A stretch of 64,000 nt of DNA from Thermodesulfobacteriota bacterium. Its GTDB lineage: Bacteria; Desulfobacterota; Binatia; Binatales; Binataceae. The notes below the pieces were generated by a model that searched no databases, was not told where the DNA came from, and saw only the letters and a program-made list of their open reading frames with translations. A program made the position numbers and the translations under genes. Where the stretch lies: the NCBI GenBank assembly GCA_046728175.1, contig JBKPEA010000003.1:3517-67516 (forward strand). The letters are read 5' to 3'. Shown here in pieces: positions 1 through 8,453 of this stretch (position 1 is the first letter of the stretch; the number at the start of each line of letters is the position of its first letter).

Positions 1-560
1 TGGAGGCTCCAGCAGCAAGGATTCGATTTTACCTATGACAAACGATTGTACGACCGGCTGCGCGCCGGTCAGGCTCGAGGGTACGAGAGCACCTCTATGC
101 CGGGCTTGATTACCAGAATAAACTGGCCGGCTTTCTGGAAAACCATGACGAGCCGTGCGCGGCAGCAATCTTTGCGCCAGACGTTCATGAGGCCGCGGCG
201 GTAATAACGTTTCTATCTCCCGGGCTGCGTTCCTTTCACCAGAGACAATTCCGGAGTCGGCGCAAGCGCATCTCACCCCATCTGGGGCGACCTCCGGTGG
301 AACCTGTCGACGAACAATTGGCAGGATTTTACAAGAAGTTGCTTGGCGTGCTGCGCGAGCCGGTTGTGCGCGAGGGCACATGGCACCTGCTTGAGTGCAT
401 CCCCGCCTGGGAGGGCAACTGGACATGGGACTGTTTCCTCGCGTTCGCTTGGGAGAACGAAAAAGGTGAGCGGTGTTTGGTCGCAGTGAATTTTGCGGCG
501 AACCAGAGCCAGTGCTATGTCCGACTGCCATTTGGGAATCTCGCCGGTATTCAATGGTGA
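1..560 (+). pseudogene. GH13 alpha-amylase-family glycoside hydrolase, 3' fragment entering from the left edge, with an apparent 1-nt frameshift at G-run 79-81
   Basis: Frame 1 (1-78) reads WRLQQQGFDFTYDKRLYDRLRAGQAR. Frame 3 (81-560) continues VREHLYAGLDYQNKLAGFLENHDEP (the FxENHDE-type GH13 motif) through to GNLAGIQW and the stop at 558-560. The listed ORF 297-560 is only the Met-started tail of this frame. Confidence 0.6.
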
Positions 561-1077
561 CTTCAAGATCGGCTGGAGGGATCCCTCTATGAACGAGATG
601 GAGCGGATCTGCATTCCCGGGGGTTGTATCTGGACGCCCGACCTTGGCAAGCATCGGTTTCCGTGCTCGCGAGATCCTAATCTGAGTCTTAACCAGGCCG
701 GGCGCCTTCCACATTGGCCTGAGCGACCCACTGAGGGTAATTCGATGTCTTTAGCCAAAAAATGTCAGGCTCGAGGGCAATGACTTCTTCGCGTTCCAAA
801 GCGATCGGCTGAAAACTTTAAGTCCACAAGAATAGTCTCAGGCTTGACCTTTGATGTGGATAGTGCTTTCAGGATATGCGAAGTTGACGAGTCCGGGAAT
901 TAACACTTCGTGGTCCTAGGCTCCATGCCTGAGCGATTTCCCTTGCGAAGGACAATTGATAAGGAAGGGCACAGTAGATGGTTCGATCTCCGAGACAATA
1001 CTAGCGGAAAATTTCAACCATTGGATTACGCGCAGATAGAGTAACAGTCGAGAGCCGAACTAGAGGAGATTTCCAAT

Positions 1078-1587
1078 ATGTCACGCGAACATGCTGTTTT
1101 GCGGCTAATAAGTAGTTCCATCTTACGACTGGTCATTGTGACATTCGCGATCTCTGTTGGGGTTACCAGCGCAAGCGCCCAGAACGGTGCTCCATACATC
1201 TATCCCTCGAAAGGGCAGACCCCGGAGCAGCAAAACAAGGATCGATATGAATGTAGTCAGTGGGCCATAAGTCAGAGCGGATTCGATCCCAGTAGACCTC
1301 CGACGACTTCCTCGAATGCGCAGCAACCTCAGGGTCAAGCAGTTCGCGGGGCGGGCCGCGGTGCGGCCGCCGGCGCGATTGGCGGAGCAATTGCCGGCGA
1401 TGCGGGTACTGGCGCCGCCGCCGGTGCGGCAATCGGGGGGGCGGCTGGTGGAATCCGCCGCCGCCGAGCAAAGAAGGAGGCGCAGCAACAACAGGCAGAA
1501 GCTCAAGCGGCAGCGGCCAGCGGTCAAGATGCATACAATCGAGCGTTTGCGACTTGCCTACAAGGGCGCGGCTATACAGTCAATTGA
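1078..1587 (+). CDS. glycine-zipper (YMGG-like) secreted/membrane-associated protein
   Basis: Hydrophobic signal-like N-terminus (LVIVTFAISVGVTSASA). Gly/Ala zipper GAAAGAIGGAIAGDAGTGAAAGAAIGGAAGG. Flanking Cys motifs DRYECSQWA and AFATCLQGRGYTV. GAGGAG lies about 9 nt upstream of the ATG. Confidence 0.8.
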   Translation: MSREHAVLRLISSSILRLVIVTFAISVGVTSASAQNGAPYIYPSKGQTPEQQNKDRYECSQWAISQSGFDPSRPPTTSSNAQQPQGQAVRGAGRGAAAGAIGGAIAGDAGTGAAAGAAIGGAAGGIRRRRAKKEAQQQQAEAQAAAASGQDAYNRAFATCLQGRGYTVN

Positions 1588-1868
1588 GTGCGGCGAGTCA
1601 GGCAACTTACGCTAAGCGACCGGGTTCGCGAACACGGATTTCATTGAGGGCGGCCAGACGCAAGGGCCCAGTTGCCGCAGCGCTTTGCATTAAACTGACA
1701 ATACGCCTGTCGAGCATTACTTTAAAGGATCTGAAAGACACTGGCACTTCGCGAACTGCTTTCCACCCATCAATTTTTAAGCAGGTACGTGCTCAAGTTC
1801 GGCTTTTAGATCCAACGTACGTTGCCGAGCAGCCTAGGGGCGCAAATGCCGAGGTGGCGTGGAGAACG

Positions 1869-1910
1869 CGAGGATGCTGAAAACTCTGTTGGCAAGGCGC
1901 AGCATCCTCG
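1869..1910. terminator. 11-bp perfect hairpin (cgaggatgctg / cagcatcctcg, 20-nt loop) just downstream of the minus-strand crotonase gene
   Basis: Arms at 1869-1879 and 1900-1910 are exact reverse complements. There is no U-tract, so function as an intrinsic terminator is uncertain. Confidence 0.3.
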
Positions 1911-1924
1911 CTCTCGTGGATTCG

Positions 1925-2827
1925 TCAGCTATACTTGCGCTCGGTCCACCACGGGAAATACGCGGGCATCCCGGTCGATACGCGATCCGGGAAATTTGGC
2001 GCTCGTTTCTCCAGAAATGACATGACCCCCTCGCGGGCGTCGGCCGATGAGCCGCGCGCGTAGATGCCGCGGCTGTCGATCTTGTGTCCCTCCATCGGAT
2101 GGTCCGCGCCAAGCATTTTCCAGAACATCTGGCGGATCAGGGCGACTGAGATCTGCGAGGTGTTGTCTGCGATCTCACGGGCCAACGCGCGGGCTGCCGG
2201 AAGCAGTTCGTCGGACTTATAAAGTTTTTTCACCAGTCCACCTTCGAGCGCTTCCTGTGCGGAAAACACGCGCCCGCTGAAGGACCATTCGAGGGCCTGC
2301 GATATTCCGACGATGCGTGGCAGAAACCAGCTTGAACACGCTTCCGGAATCAGGCCGCGGCGCGCGAACACGAAGCCGAACCGCGCGTTCTCCGAGGCGA
2401 GCCGGACGTCCATCGCAAGCTGCATGGTTACGCCCACGCCTACGGCCGGACCGTTCACAGCTGCGATGACCGGTTTCAGACAGTCGAAGATGCGCAGCGT
2501 CAGCAGGCCGCCGCCGTCGCGAATTGATTCGTGGCTCCAATCGACGGTGCCATCGGGCTTTAGGTGGGGTTTGCGATCCGGGCGATCTTCGCGAGCTTCG
2601 TAGTTGAAGGTGTTGGCTCCGGCCGACAGGTCGGCACCGGCGCAGAAGCCGCGCCCCGCTCCGGTCACGATGATCGCGCGCACCTTGTCGTCCGCGTCGG
2701 CCCGGCCAAACGCATCGATCATCTCATTCATCATCTCGCCGGTGAAGGCGTTGAGCTTCTCGGGGCGATTGAGAGTGATGGTCAGGATATTCTCCGCGAC
2801 CTCATAGAGGATGGTTTGATAAGGCAT
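1925..2827 (-). CDS. enoyl-CoA hydratase/isomerase (crotonase) family protein
   Basis: N-terminus ILYEVAENILTITLNRPEKLNAF and oxyanion-hole region VTGAGRGFCAGADL are typical of the crotonase fold. 300-aa intact ORF. Confidence 0.9.
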   Translation of the reverse strand: MPYQTILYEVAENILTITLNRPEKLNAFTGEMMNEMIDAFGRADADDKVRAIIVTGAGRGFCAGADLSAGANTFNYEAREDRPDRKPHLKPDGTVDWSHESIRDGGGLLTLRIFDCLKPVIAAVNGPAVGVGVTMQLAMDVRLASENARFGFVFARRGLIPEACSSWFLPRIVGISQALEWSFSGRVFSAQEALEGGLVKKLYKSDELLPAARALAREIADNTSQISVALIRQMFWKMLGADHPMEGHKIDSRGIYARGSSADAREGVMSFLEKRAPNFPDRVSTGMPAYFPWWTERKYS

Positions 2828-2963
2828 CGATGATTCTCTCCCGAAGCGGACTCTATCACGTCCGCCGTTACCGTTAACTCTTGCGCTTCTGCTAGATTTG
2901 CCCTTTTGTTAAACGCCCGTTTAGCTCGTATCAAGGACTCTGCGGAAGCAAAGGAGAACCACC

Positions 2964-4241
2964 GTGGATTTCGAAATTCCCGCCGATATCAAGGCCTACC
3001 TGAAGGAACTCGACGCCTTCATCGAAAAGGAAATCAAACCGCTTGAACGCGAGAACGACAACATCCGCTTCTTCGACCACCGCCGCGAGTATGCGCGCAC
3101 CGATTTCGAGCGCGACGGGCTTCCCCGCCACGAATGGGAGGCGCTGCTGGTCGAGATGCGCAGGCGCGCCGACAAGGCCGGGCACTGGCGCTACGCCCTG
3201 CCCAAGGAATACGGGGGCAAGGACGGAACCAACCTGGGAATGGCAATCATCCGCGAATACCTGGCCGCGAAGGGACTCGGCCTGCACAACGATCTGCAAA
3301 ACGAAAGCTCGATCGTCGGCAACCTGCCGACCGTGCTGATGTTTCGCGACTTCGGCACCGAGGAGCAAAAGAAGAAGTTCATCCCCGGAATCCTGGATGG
3401 CTCGATTCGAATCGCTTTCGGACTGACCGAGCCGAATCACGGTTCGGACGCGACCTGGATGGAAACGCGCGCGACCCGCGACGGCGATGGGTGGCGAATC
3501 AACGGCGCCAAAATGTGGAACACCGGACTGCACGTGGCGACCCACGATTTCATTTTCGCGCGCACCTCGGGCAAGGACGGGAGTCCGCGCGGCATCACCT
3601 GTTTCATCGTTCCGACCAAGAGCGAGGGCTTCAAGATCGAAGAGTATCTGTGGACCTTCAACATGCCGACCGACCATCCGCGCGTGTCGTTCAAGGACAT
3701 CTACGTGCCCGCGGGCGAGCATCTGGGCGATCCGGAAAACGGACTTGCGGTCGCGCAGCATTTCGTCCACGAAAACCGGATCCGGCAGGCCGCCTCGTCG
3801 CTAGGCGCCGCGCAATTCTGCATCAACGAGTCGGTGAAGTACGCCAAGGAGCGCAAGCCGTTTGGCAAGGCACTCGCGGTCAACCAGGCGATTCAGTGGC
3901 CGCTGGTCGAGCTGCATACCGAAGCCGAGATGCTACGGACGCTGATCCATAAGACCGCGTGGCAGATGGACCAGATGCCGAAGCCCGAGGTGGCGCTCAA
4001 AATCTCGGACAAGGTGGCGATGTGCAACTACCGGGCGAACCGGCTGGTGTGTAATGCGGCTGACCGTGCGATGCAGGTGCACGGCGCGATCGGATATTCG
4101 CGCCACAAGCCCTTCGAGCACATCTTCAGGCATCATCGTCGCTATCGAATTACCGAAGGCTCCGAGGAAATCCAGATGCGGCGGGTGGCGCAGTACCTGT
4201 TCGGGTTCTTCAAAGACGGACGGGTCCCTGCGGAGGGTTGA
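2964..4241 (+). CDS. acyl-CoA dehydrogenase family protein
   Basis: 425-aa ORF with ACAD-like layout (FGLTEPNHGSDA, C-terminal ITEGSEEIQ). Divergent from the crotonase gene. Confidence 0.9.
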   Translation: MDFEIPADIKAYLKELDAFIEKEIKPLERENDNIRFFDHRREYARTDFERDGLPRHEWEALLVEMRRRADKAGHWRYALPKEYGGKDGTNLGMAIIREYLAAKGLGLHNDLQNESSIVGNLPTVLMFRDFGTEEQKKKFIPGILDGSIRIAFGLTEPNHGSDATWMETRATRDGDGWRINGAKMWNTGLHVATHDFIFARTSGKDGSPRGITCFIVPTKSEGFKIEEYLWTFNMPTDHPRVSFKDIYVPAGEHLGDPENGLAVAQHFVHENRIRQAASSLGAAQFCINESVKYAKERKPFGKALAVNQAIQWPLVELHTEAEMLRTLIHKTAWQMDQMPKPEVALKISDKVAMCNYRANRLVCNAADRAMQVHGAIGYSRHKPFEHIFRHHRRYRITEGSEEIQMRRVAQYLFGFFKDGRVPAEG

Positions 4242-4274
4242 GCACCTCCGCGAAGGAGCAATCAACGATCATCG

Positions 4275-5282
4275 ATGGGTAACGATTCCACCGCAACTTT
4301 GCTTCAACGCGCGATAGCGCGCCACATGGGCGAGCCTGGCACCGTTTATGACCTGCAGCAGTTGACCGGGGGCGCGAACCGAACCACCTGGTCGTTCGAT
4401 GCCGACACCGGCGCCAGCCGCCAGAGACTGATCATGCAGCTGTCGGCGGCCGCGCCGGACGATGTGCCGCATCCGCTCGCGGAAATCTCGCCGCATCCGA
4501 CCGCCGAAGAAGGCGCCTGGCTCATGATGGCGGCAGTGAAGGCCGGCGTGCCCGCGCCGAAGATCCGCGCGATCCTGGAAACCTCGGATGGGCTGGGGCC
4601 CGGCTACATAACCGAGCGGGTCGATGGCGAGACGCTGGCGCCCAAGATTCTGCGCGAGGCGGCATTCGCGCCGGCGCGCGCAAAAATGACGCACCAGGCG
4701 GGAGAGATCCTCGCCCGGATTCACAGCATCCCCCTCTCGGAAGTCCCCTTTCTCAAGGGCCAGACCGCCGAAGAGATGATTGACGCGCAGCGTAAAGTGG
4801 TCGACTTCTACGACCTTCATCTCCCGGCGATCGAGTGGGGGCTGCGATGGGCCGCGGACAATGTACCCAACCGGGCGCGGCGCACCGTGGTGCACGGAGA
4901 CTTCCGCATCGGCAACATGATCGTGGGCGAGAACGACGGCATCCGGCTGGTGCTGGATTGGGAAATAGGCCAGGCCAGCGACCCGATGCAGGATCTGGGG
5001 TGGCTGTGCGTTAAGACCTGGCGCTTTGGCGGCAAGTATCCGGTCGGTGGATTCGGCAGGCGCGAGGATCTGTTCGCGGCTTACGAGAAGGCCGGCGGCC
5101 AAAGTGTTGACCCGGTGCACGTCCGCTTCTGGGAAGCATTCGGCAGCGTCAAATGGGCCGCCGGATGTCTTCGACTCAGCATGCGCGGAATCGAGGAGAT
5201 GGGAGTAGAGCGCTGCGCGATCGGACGCCGGATCGAAGAACCATTGTGGGACTTTTACGAATTACTCGAGGGCCGCGATTAG
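4275..5282 (+). CDS. phosphotransferase (APH/choline-kinase-like) family protein
   Basis: Catalytic loop VVHGDFRIGNMIV and DWE motif. Typical partner of ACAD genes. Confidence 0.85.
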   Translation: MGNDSTATLLQRAIARHMGEPGTVYDLQQLTGGANRTTWSFDADTGASRQRLIMQLSAAAPDDVPHPLAEISPHPTAEEGAWLMMAAVKAGVPAPKIRAILETSDGLGPGYITERVDGETLAPKILREAAFAPARAKMTHQAGEILARIHSIPLSEVPFLKGQTAEEMIDAQRKVVDFYDLHLPAIEWGLRWAADNVPNRARRTVVHGDFRIGNMIVGENDGIRLVLDWEIGQASDPMQDLGWLCVKTWRFGGKYPVGGFGRREDLFAAYEKAGGQSVDPVHVRFWEAFGSVKWAAGCLRLSMRGIEEMGVERCAIGRRIEEPLWDFYELLEGRD

Positions 5283-5296
5283 CGCGGCAAGTTCTC

Positions 5297-5653
5297 ATGC
5301 CACTGAGTACACCGAAAGCGACCATTCTGCTGCAGGCTGCGGTCAAGTATCTGGAAGAGGAGTTGATGCCAGCCTTGACCGGCTACCATCGATTCAAAAC
5401 CCGAGTGACCGCGAACGTGCTCAATACGGTTCGGCGCGAGTTGGAGATGCGCGGGACGCAAGCCGCCGCCGAGCGGAAAAGGCTCGCTGCCCTGCTGGGT
5501 CACGACGGCGAGGTCGAGGAGCTGAGCCGCGAGCTCGCCCAAAAGATTCGCGACGGCGGGGTCGCGCTGGACGATCCGAAACTGCGCACTCACATCAGCC
5601 AGTCGCTGCACGACGCGCTCGCGATCAACAACCCGAAGTGGTTTGAACGGTAG
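5297..5653 (+). CDS. DUF6285-like small helical protein (conserved partner of the ACAD-associated kinase)
   Basis: The listed ORF 5153-5653 overlaps the kinase gene out of frame. The internal ATG at 5297 starts just after the kinase stop (5282). The product MPLSTPKATILLQAAVKYLEEELMP resembles the small proteins found after these kinases. Confidence 0.6.
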   Translation: MPLSTPKATILLQAAVKYLEEELMPALTGYHRFKTRVTANVLNTVRRELEMRGTQAAAERKRLAALLGHDGEVEELSRELAQKIRDGGVALDDPKLRTHISQSLHDALAINNPKWFER

Positions 5654-5719
5654 AGAGCAGTCCCGGCAAGATGCCGCCGGAAGGGCCACCCCCAACAGAG
5701 AGCCGGCCAAGCTCGCGGA

Positions 5720-5950
5720 TCAGATGCCGAGCAGCTTGCGCAGCTGGACCGGACTGAACCCGACCACCGACTGGTCGCCCACCCGAATTACAGGGACGGC
5801 GCGGAATCCAGTGTTGATAAGCTCGTCGCGGGCCGCGGGATCGTCACCAATGTTCCGTTCCACGAACGGAATGCCGTGCTGCAAGAGAAAGCTCATCGCG
5901 GCGTGGCACGCCGATCAGCCGTGGCTGGTGAAAATCGTTACTTGTGGCAT
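5720..5950 (-). CDS. glutaredoxin/NrdH-like thioredoxin-fold selenoprotein (UxxC), in-frame UGA at 5915-5917
   Basis: Hand translation: MPQVTIFTSHG-[TGA]-SACHAAMSFLLQHGIPFVERNIGDDPAARDELINTGFRAVPVIRVGDQSVVGFSPVQLRKLLGI*. The TGA occupies the first-Cys position of CxxC. GAGGA sits 5-6 nt before the ATG. selB and a Sec-type selD are in the same window. The gene is absent from the ORF track because both halves are under 60 aa. Confidence 0.7.
5899..5913 (-). other. candidate SECIS-like hairpin starting 1 nt after the UGA of the Grx-like gene
   Basis: The mRNA reads UGA-U-CGGCGU-GCC-ACGCCG, a 6-bp GC-rich stem with a 3-nt loop. It is shorter than, and sits closer to the UGA than, the fdhF-type SECIS, so this is only a candidate. 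Confidence 0.3.
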
Positions 5951-6325
5951 GTAAGTCCTCGGTTGGCACCGCCGCCTGGACAAATGCATCCGTGGCAGTC
6001 GCGGATCATTTTGCGAAGCGTGCGGCGCCGCCCTTGCAGGCGCACGATTTCATCCGTCATTTGGGAAAGCTTGGCCTCTGCCTTGCGGATAATGGGTCCG
6101 CATTCCCAGGTCGACTTTACTCCCAGCGTGAGCAGTTCCTGTATCTCACGCAGGGAGAAGCCCAACCCTTTCGCATCCTTTACAAACCGCAACCGGTCAA
6201 TCACCTCGTCCGAGTAGTTTCGATAGCCGGATACCGAGCGGCCGCCCTATCAAGCCTTTGCGCTCATAGAAGCGCAGGGTATCGACGCTGACCCCGGTCC
6301 TGTGCGCTAGCCGTCCAATCGTCAT
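5938..6325 (-). pseudogene. MerR-family (heavy-metal/redox-responsive type) transcriptional regulator with an apparent frameshift near 6236-6249
   Basis: From ATG 6325 the frame reads MTIGRLAHRTGVSVDTLRFYERKGLIG, then runs into a stop. A shifted frame continues RSVSGYRNYSDEVIDRLRFVKDAKGLGFSLREIQELL to RDCHGCICPGGGANRGLTCHK*. The span is 388 nt, not a multiple of 3. The listed ORF 5938-6204 is the C-terminal part only. Confidence 0.7.
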
Positions 6326-6334
6326 TGGTTTACA

Positions 6335-6366
6335 ACCATAAACCTTGGAGTATAGTCCTGGGTCAA
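6335..6366 (-). promoter_or_regulatory. MerR-type promoter: TTGACC, 19/20-nt spacer containing an imperfect dyad, then TTATGG/TATGGT
   Basis: The minus strand reads cTTGACCcaggactatactccaaggTTTATGGTtgtaaaccaATG. The dyad is ACCCAGGACT-AT-ACTCCAAGGT (6363-6342), symmetric at 7 of 10 positions. The -10 element lies about 10 nt from the merR-like ATG. Confidence 0.5.
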
Positions 6367-6488
6367 GATCAAAGAAGTCGTTGATAGCCTATTCTAACAG
6401 CAATTTGCGTCGTATAAAGTAGGAGAGCTGATCCGGTGGCGCGGCCGGCCGCGGGTTGTTAGCTAATTTGCGGAAACTCCGGGGTTGA

Positions 6489-7637
6489 ATGGAAGCTGAA
6501 TCAGCTACAAACCAAGGGACGGACCTGAGCTTCGAGCTGGGGCCAGACTCGTCACTGATCATCCATCTGACTGGAAGCTGGCGGATGCATCACGGGCTTC
6601 CATCGGTTAGCCGGGTGCTACACGAGGTCGATCAGGCTAAACCCCGGTGCATCGGGTTCGACACGAGCCGGCTTGGCGCCTGGGATAGCGGCCTACTCAC
6701 CTTTGTAGCGCGCACCACCGAACTTGGCCGATCGCGCAATATTCCCGTCGCCCTTGACGGCCTGCCCGAGGGACTCGTTCGGCTGGTCGAGCTGGCCGAA
6801 GCGGTACCCGAGAAGAAGGACGCGCGGGTAAAGACGCTATCCGCGCCACTGCTCCAGCGGGTTGGCACCGCGACCATCAACTACGCCGAGGGCACCGAAG
6901 ATTTTCTCACTTTTCTGGGTGGCGTGGTGATCGCGATCGGGCGGATGTTCAAAGGCCAGGCCCGCTTTCGGAACAGCGACCTGATGATCGAAATCCAGGA
7001 CAGCGGCGTCAACGCCTTGGGCATCGTGGCGATGATCAGCTTCCTGGTTGGAACCATCCTGGCATTTATGGGCGCGGTACAGCTCCAGCAATTCGGCGCG
7101 CAAATCTACGTGGCGGACCTGGTTGCGATAGGCATTGTGCGAGAGATGGGCGCGATGATGACCGCGATCATCATGGCCGGCCGCACCGGGGCTTCCTTCG
7201 CGGCGCAGCTCGGGACCATGAGGGTAACCCAGGAAATCGACGCGCTCACGACCATGGGAATTTCGCCGATGGAATTCCTGGTGCTGCCGCGCGTAGTCGC
7301 ACTCATCCTGATGATGCCGCTGCTGTGCGTGTTCGCGAATCTTTTTGGGGTCATGGGAGGAGCCTTCGTCGGAGTGGCAATGCTCAAGATCGCACTGTCG
7401 ACTTTCCTGCGCGAAGCTTGGAACGCATTGACTCTCGGCAATCTGTTTGGCGGTCTCTTCAAAGCGATGGTCTATGGCGTAATAATCGCGATCTCGGGAT
7501 GCCTCCGGGGTTTCCAATGCGGCCGCAGCTCCTCGGCGGTCGGCGACGCTGCCACCCGGGCGGTGGTGACCGGAATCGTGTGGATCGTCGTTGCCTGCGG
7601 CATTATGGCCTTTCTATTCAACCTGCTGGGAATTTGA
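6489..7637 (+). CDS. MlaE/YrbE-family ABC transporter permease with an N-terminal STAS-like domain
   Basis: The C-terminal 250 aa is polytopic with an MlaE-like sequence (GIVREMGAMMTAIIMAGRTGASFAAQLGTMRVTQEIDAL). The first ~120 aa look like an anti-sigma-antagonist/STAS fold. Confidence 0.85.
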   Translation: MEAESATNQGTDLSFELGPDSSLIIHLTGSWRMHHGLPSVSRVLHEVDQAKPRCIGFDTSRLGAWDSGLLTFVARTTELGRSRNIPVALDGLPEGLVRLVELAEAVPEKKDARVKTLSAPLLQRVGTATINYAEGTEDFLTFLGGVVIAIGRMFKGQARFRNSDLMIEIQDSGVNALGIVAMISFLVGTILAFMGAVQLQQFGAQIYVADLVAIGIVREMGAMMTAIIMAGRTGASFAAQLGTMRVTQEIDALTTMGISPMEFLVLPRVVALILMMPLLCVFANLFGVMGGAFVGVAMLKIALSTFLREAWNALTLGNLFGGLFKAMVYGVIIAISGCLRGFQCGRSSSAVGDAATRAVVTGIVWIVVACGIMAFLFNLLGI

Positions 7638-7640
7638 CCA

Positions 7641-8453
7641 GTGAGCGCGTCGACCACAACTCGCTCCGCGGTAACCCATGGGGTAGTGGGCGAGCCGCAC
7701 ATAATCGTGCGGGACCTCACGATGGCATTCGGCGATTTCGTGCTGATGCGCGATCTTAACTTTACGGTGAAGAGGGGCGACGTGTTCGTGATAATGGGCG
7801 GCAGCGGCTGCGGCAAGAGCACGCTGCTCAATCATCTGATAGGCCTGCTGGAACCCGCCAAGGGTGAGCTTTTCTACCAAAATTTCAACTTCACTAAGGC
7901 GCCGCCCGAGGCCCGCGAGCGGATGTTGCGACGGTTTGGCGTGCTCTATCAGGGCGGTGCGCTGTGGAGCTCCATGACTCTGGCACAAAACGTCGGTCTT
8001 CCGCTCGAAGAGTTCACCGATCTGTCGTCCAGAGAGATTCGCGCGATCGCCTCGGTCAAGCTGTCTCTGGTCGGGCTGCGCGGGTTCGAAGACTACTATC
8101 CGAGCCAGATAAGTGGCGGTATGCAGAAGCGCGCCGGGCTCGCGCGCGCCATGGCGCTCGATCCGGAGGTGCTGTTCTTCGATGAGCCGTCGGCGGGTCT
8201 CGATCCGATCAGCTCGCGCCTGCTTGACGATCTGATCCTGGAACTACGTGACGGACTCGGGGCGACGGTAGTGGTCGTTACGCACGAACTGGCGAGTATT
8301 TTCACCATCGCAAATAACAGCATCTTTCTCGATGCCGAGACACGGACCATGATAGCGAGTGGTGACCCCAAAGAATTGTTGGAGCATTCGCCGGACCCGA
8401 AGGTGCATCGCTTCCTGACGCGCGCGGCCGACGACCAACATCCAGGTAACTAA
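7641..8453 (+). CDS. ABC transporter ATP-binding protein (MlaF-like)
   Basis: Walker A GGSGCGKST, signature ISGGMQKRAGLARA, Walker B LFFDEP. Confidence 0.9.
   Translation: MSASTTTRSAVTHGVVGEPHIIVRDLTMAFGDFVLMRDLNFTVKRGDVFVIMGGSGCGKSTLLNHLIGLLEPAKGELFYQNFNFTKAPPEARERMLRRFGVLYQGGALWSSMTLAQNVGLPLEEFTDLSSREIRAIASVKLSLVGLRGFEDYYPSQISGGMQKRAGLARAMALDPEVLFFDEPSAGLDPISSRLLDDLILELRDGLGATVVVVTHELASIFTIANNSIFLDAETRTMIASGDPKELLEHSPDPKVHRFLTRAADDQHPGN

Noticed and set aside
1554-1880. 108-aa plus-strand ORF in the gap after the glycine-zipper gene, and small minus-strand ORFs (17 and 36 codons) there
   Set aside because: No SD, implausible composition and no motif. The region is kept only as an AT-richer non-coding observation.
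2931-5120. Minus-strand ORFs 2931-3770 and 4269-5120
   Set aside because: Antisense to the acyl-CoA dehydrogenase and the APH-like kinase respectively. Shadow ORFs.
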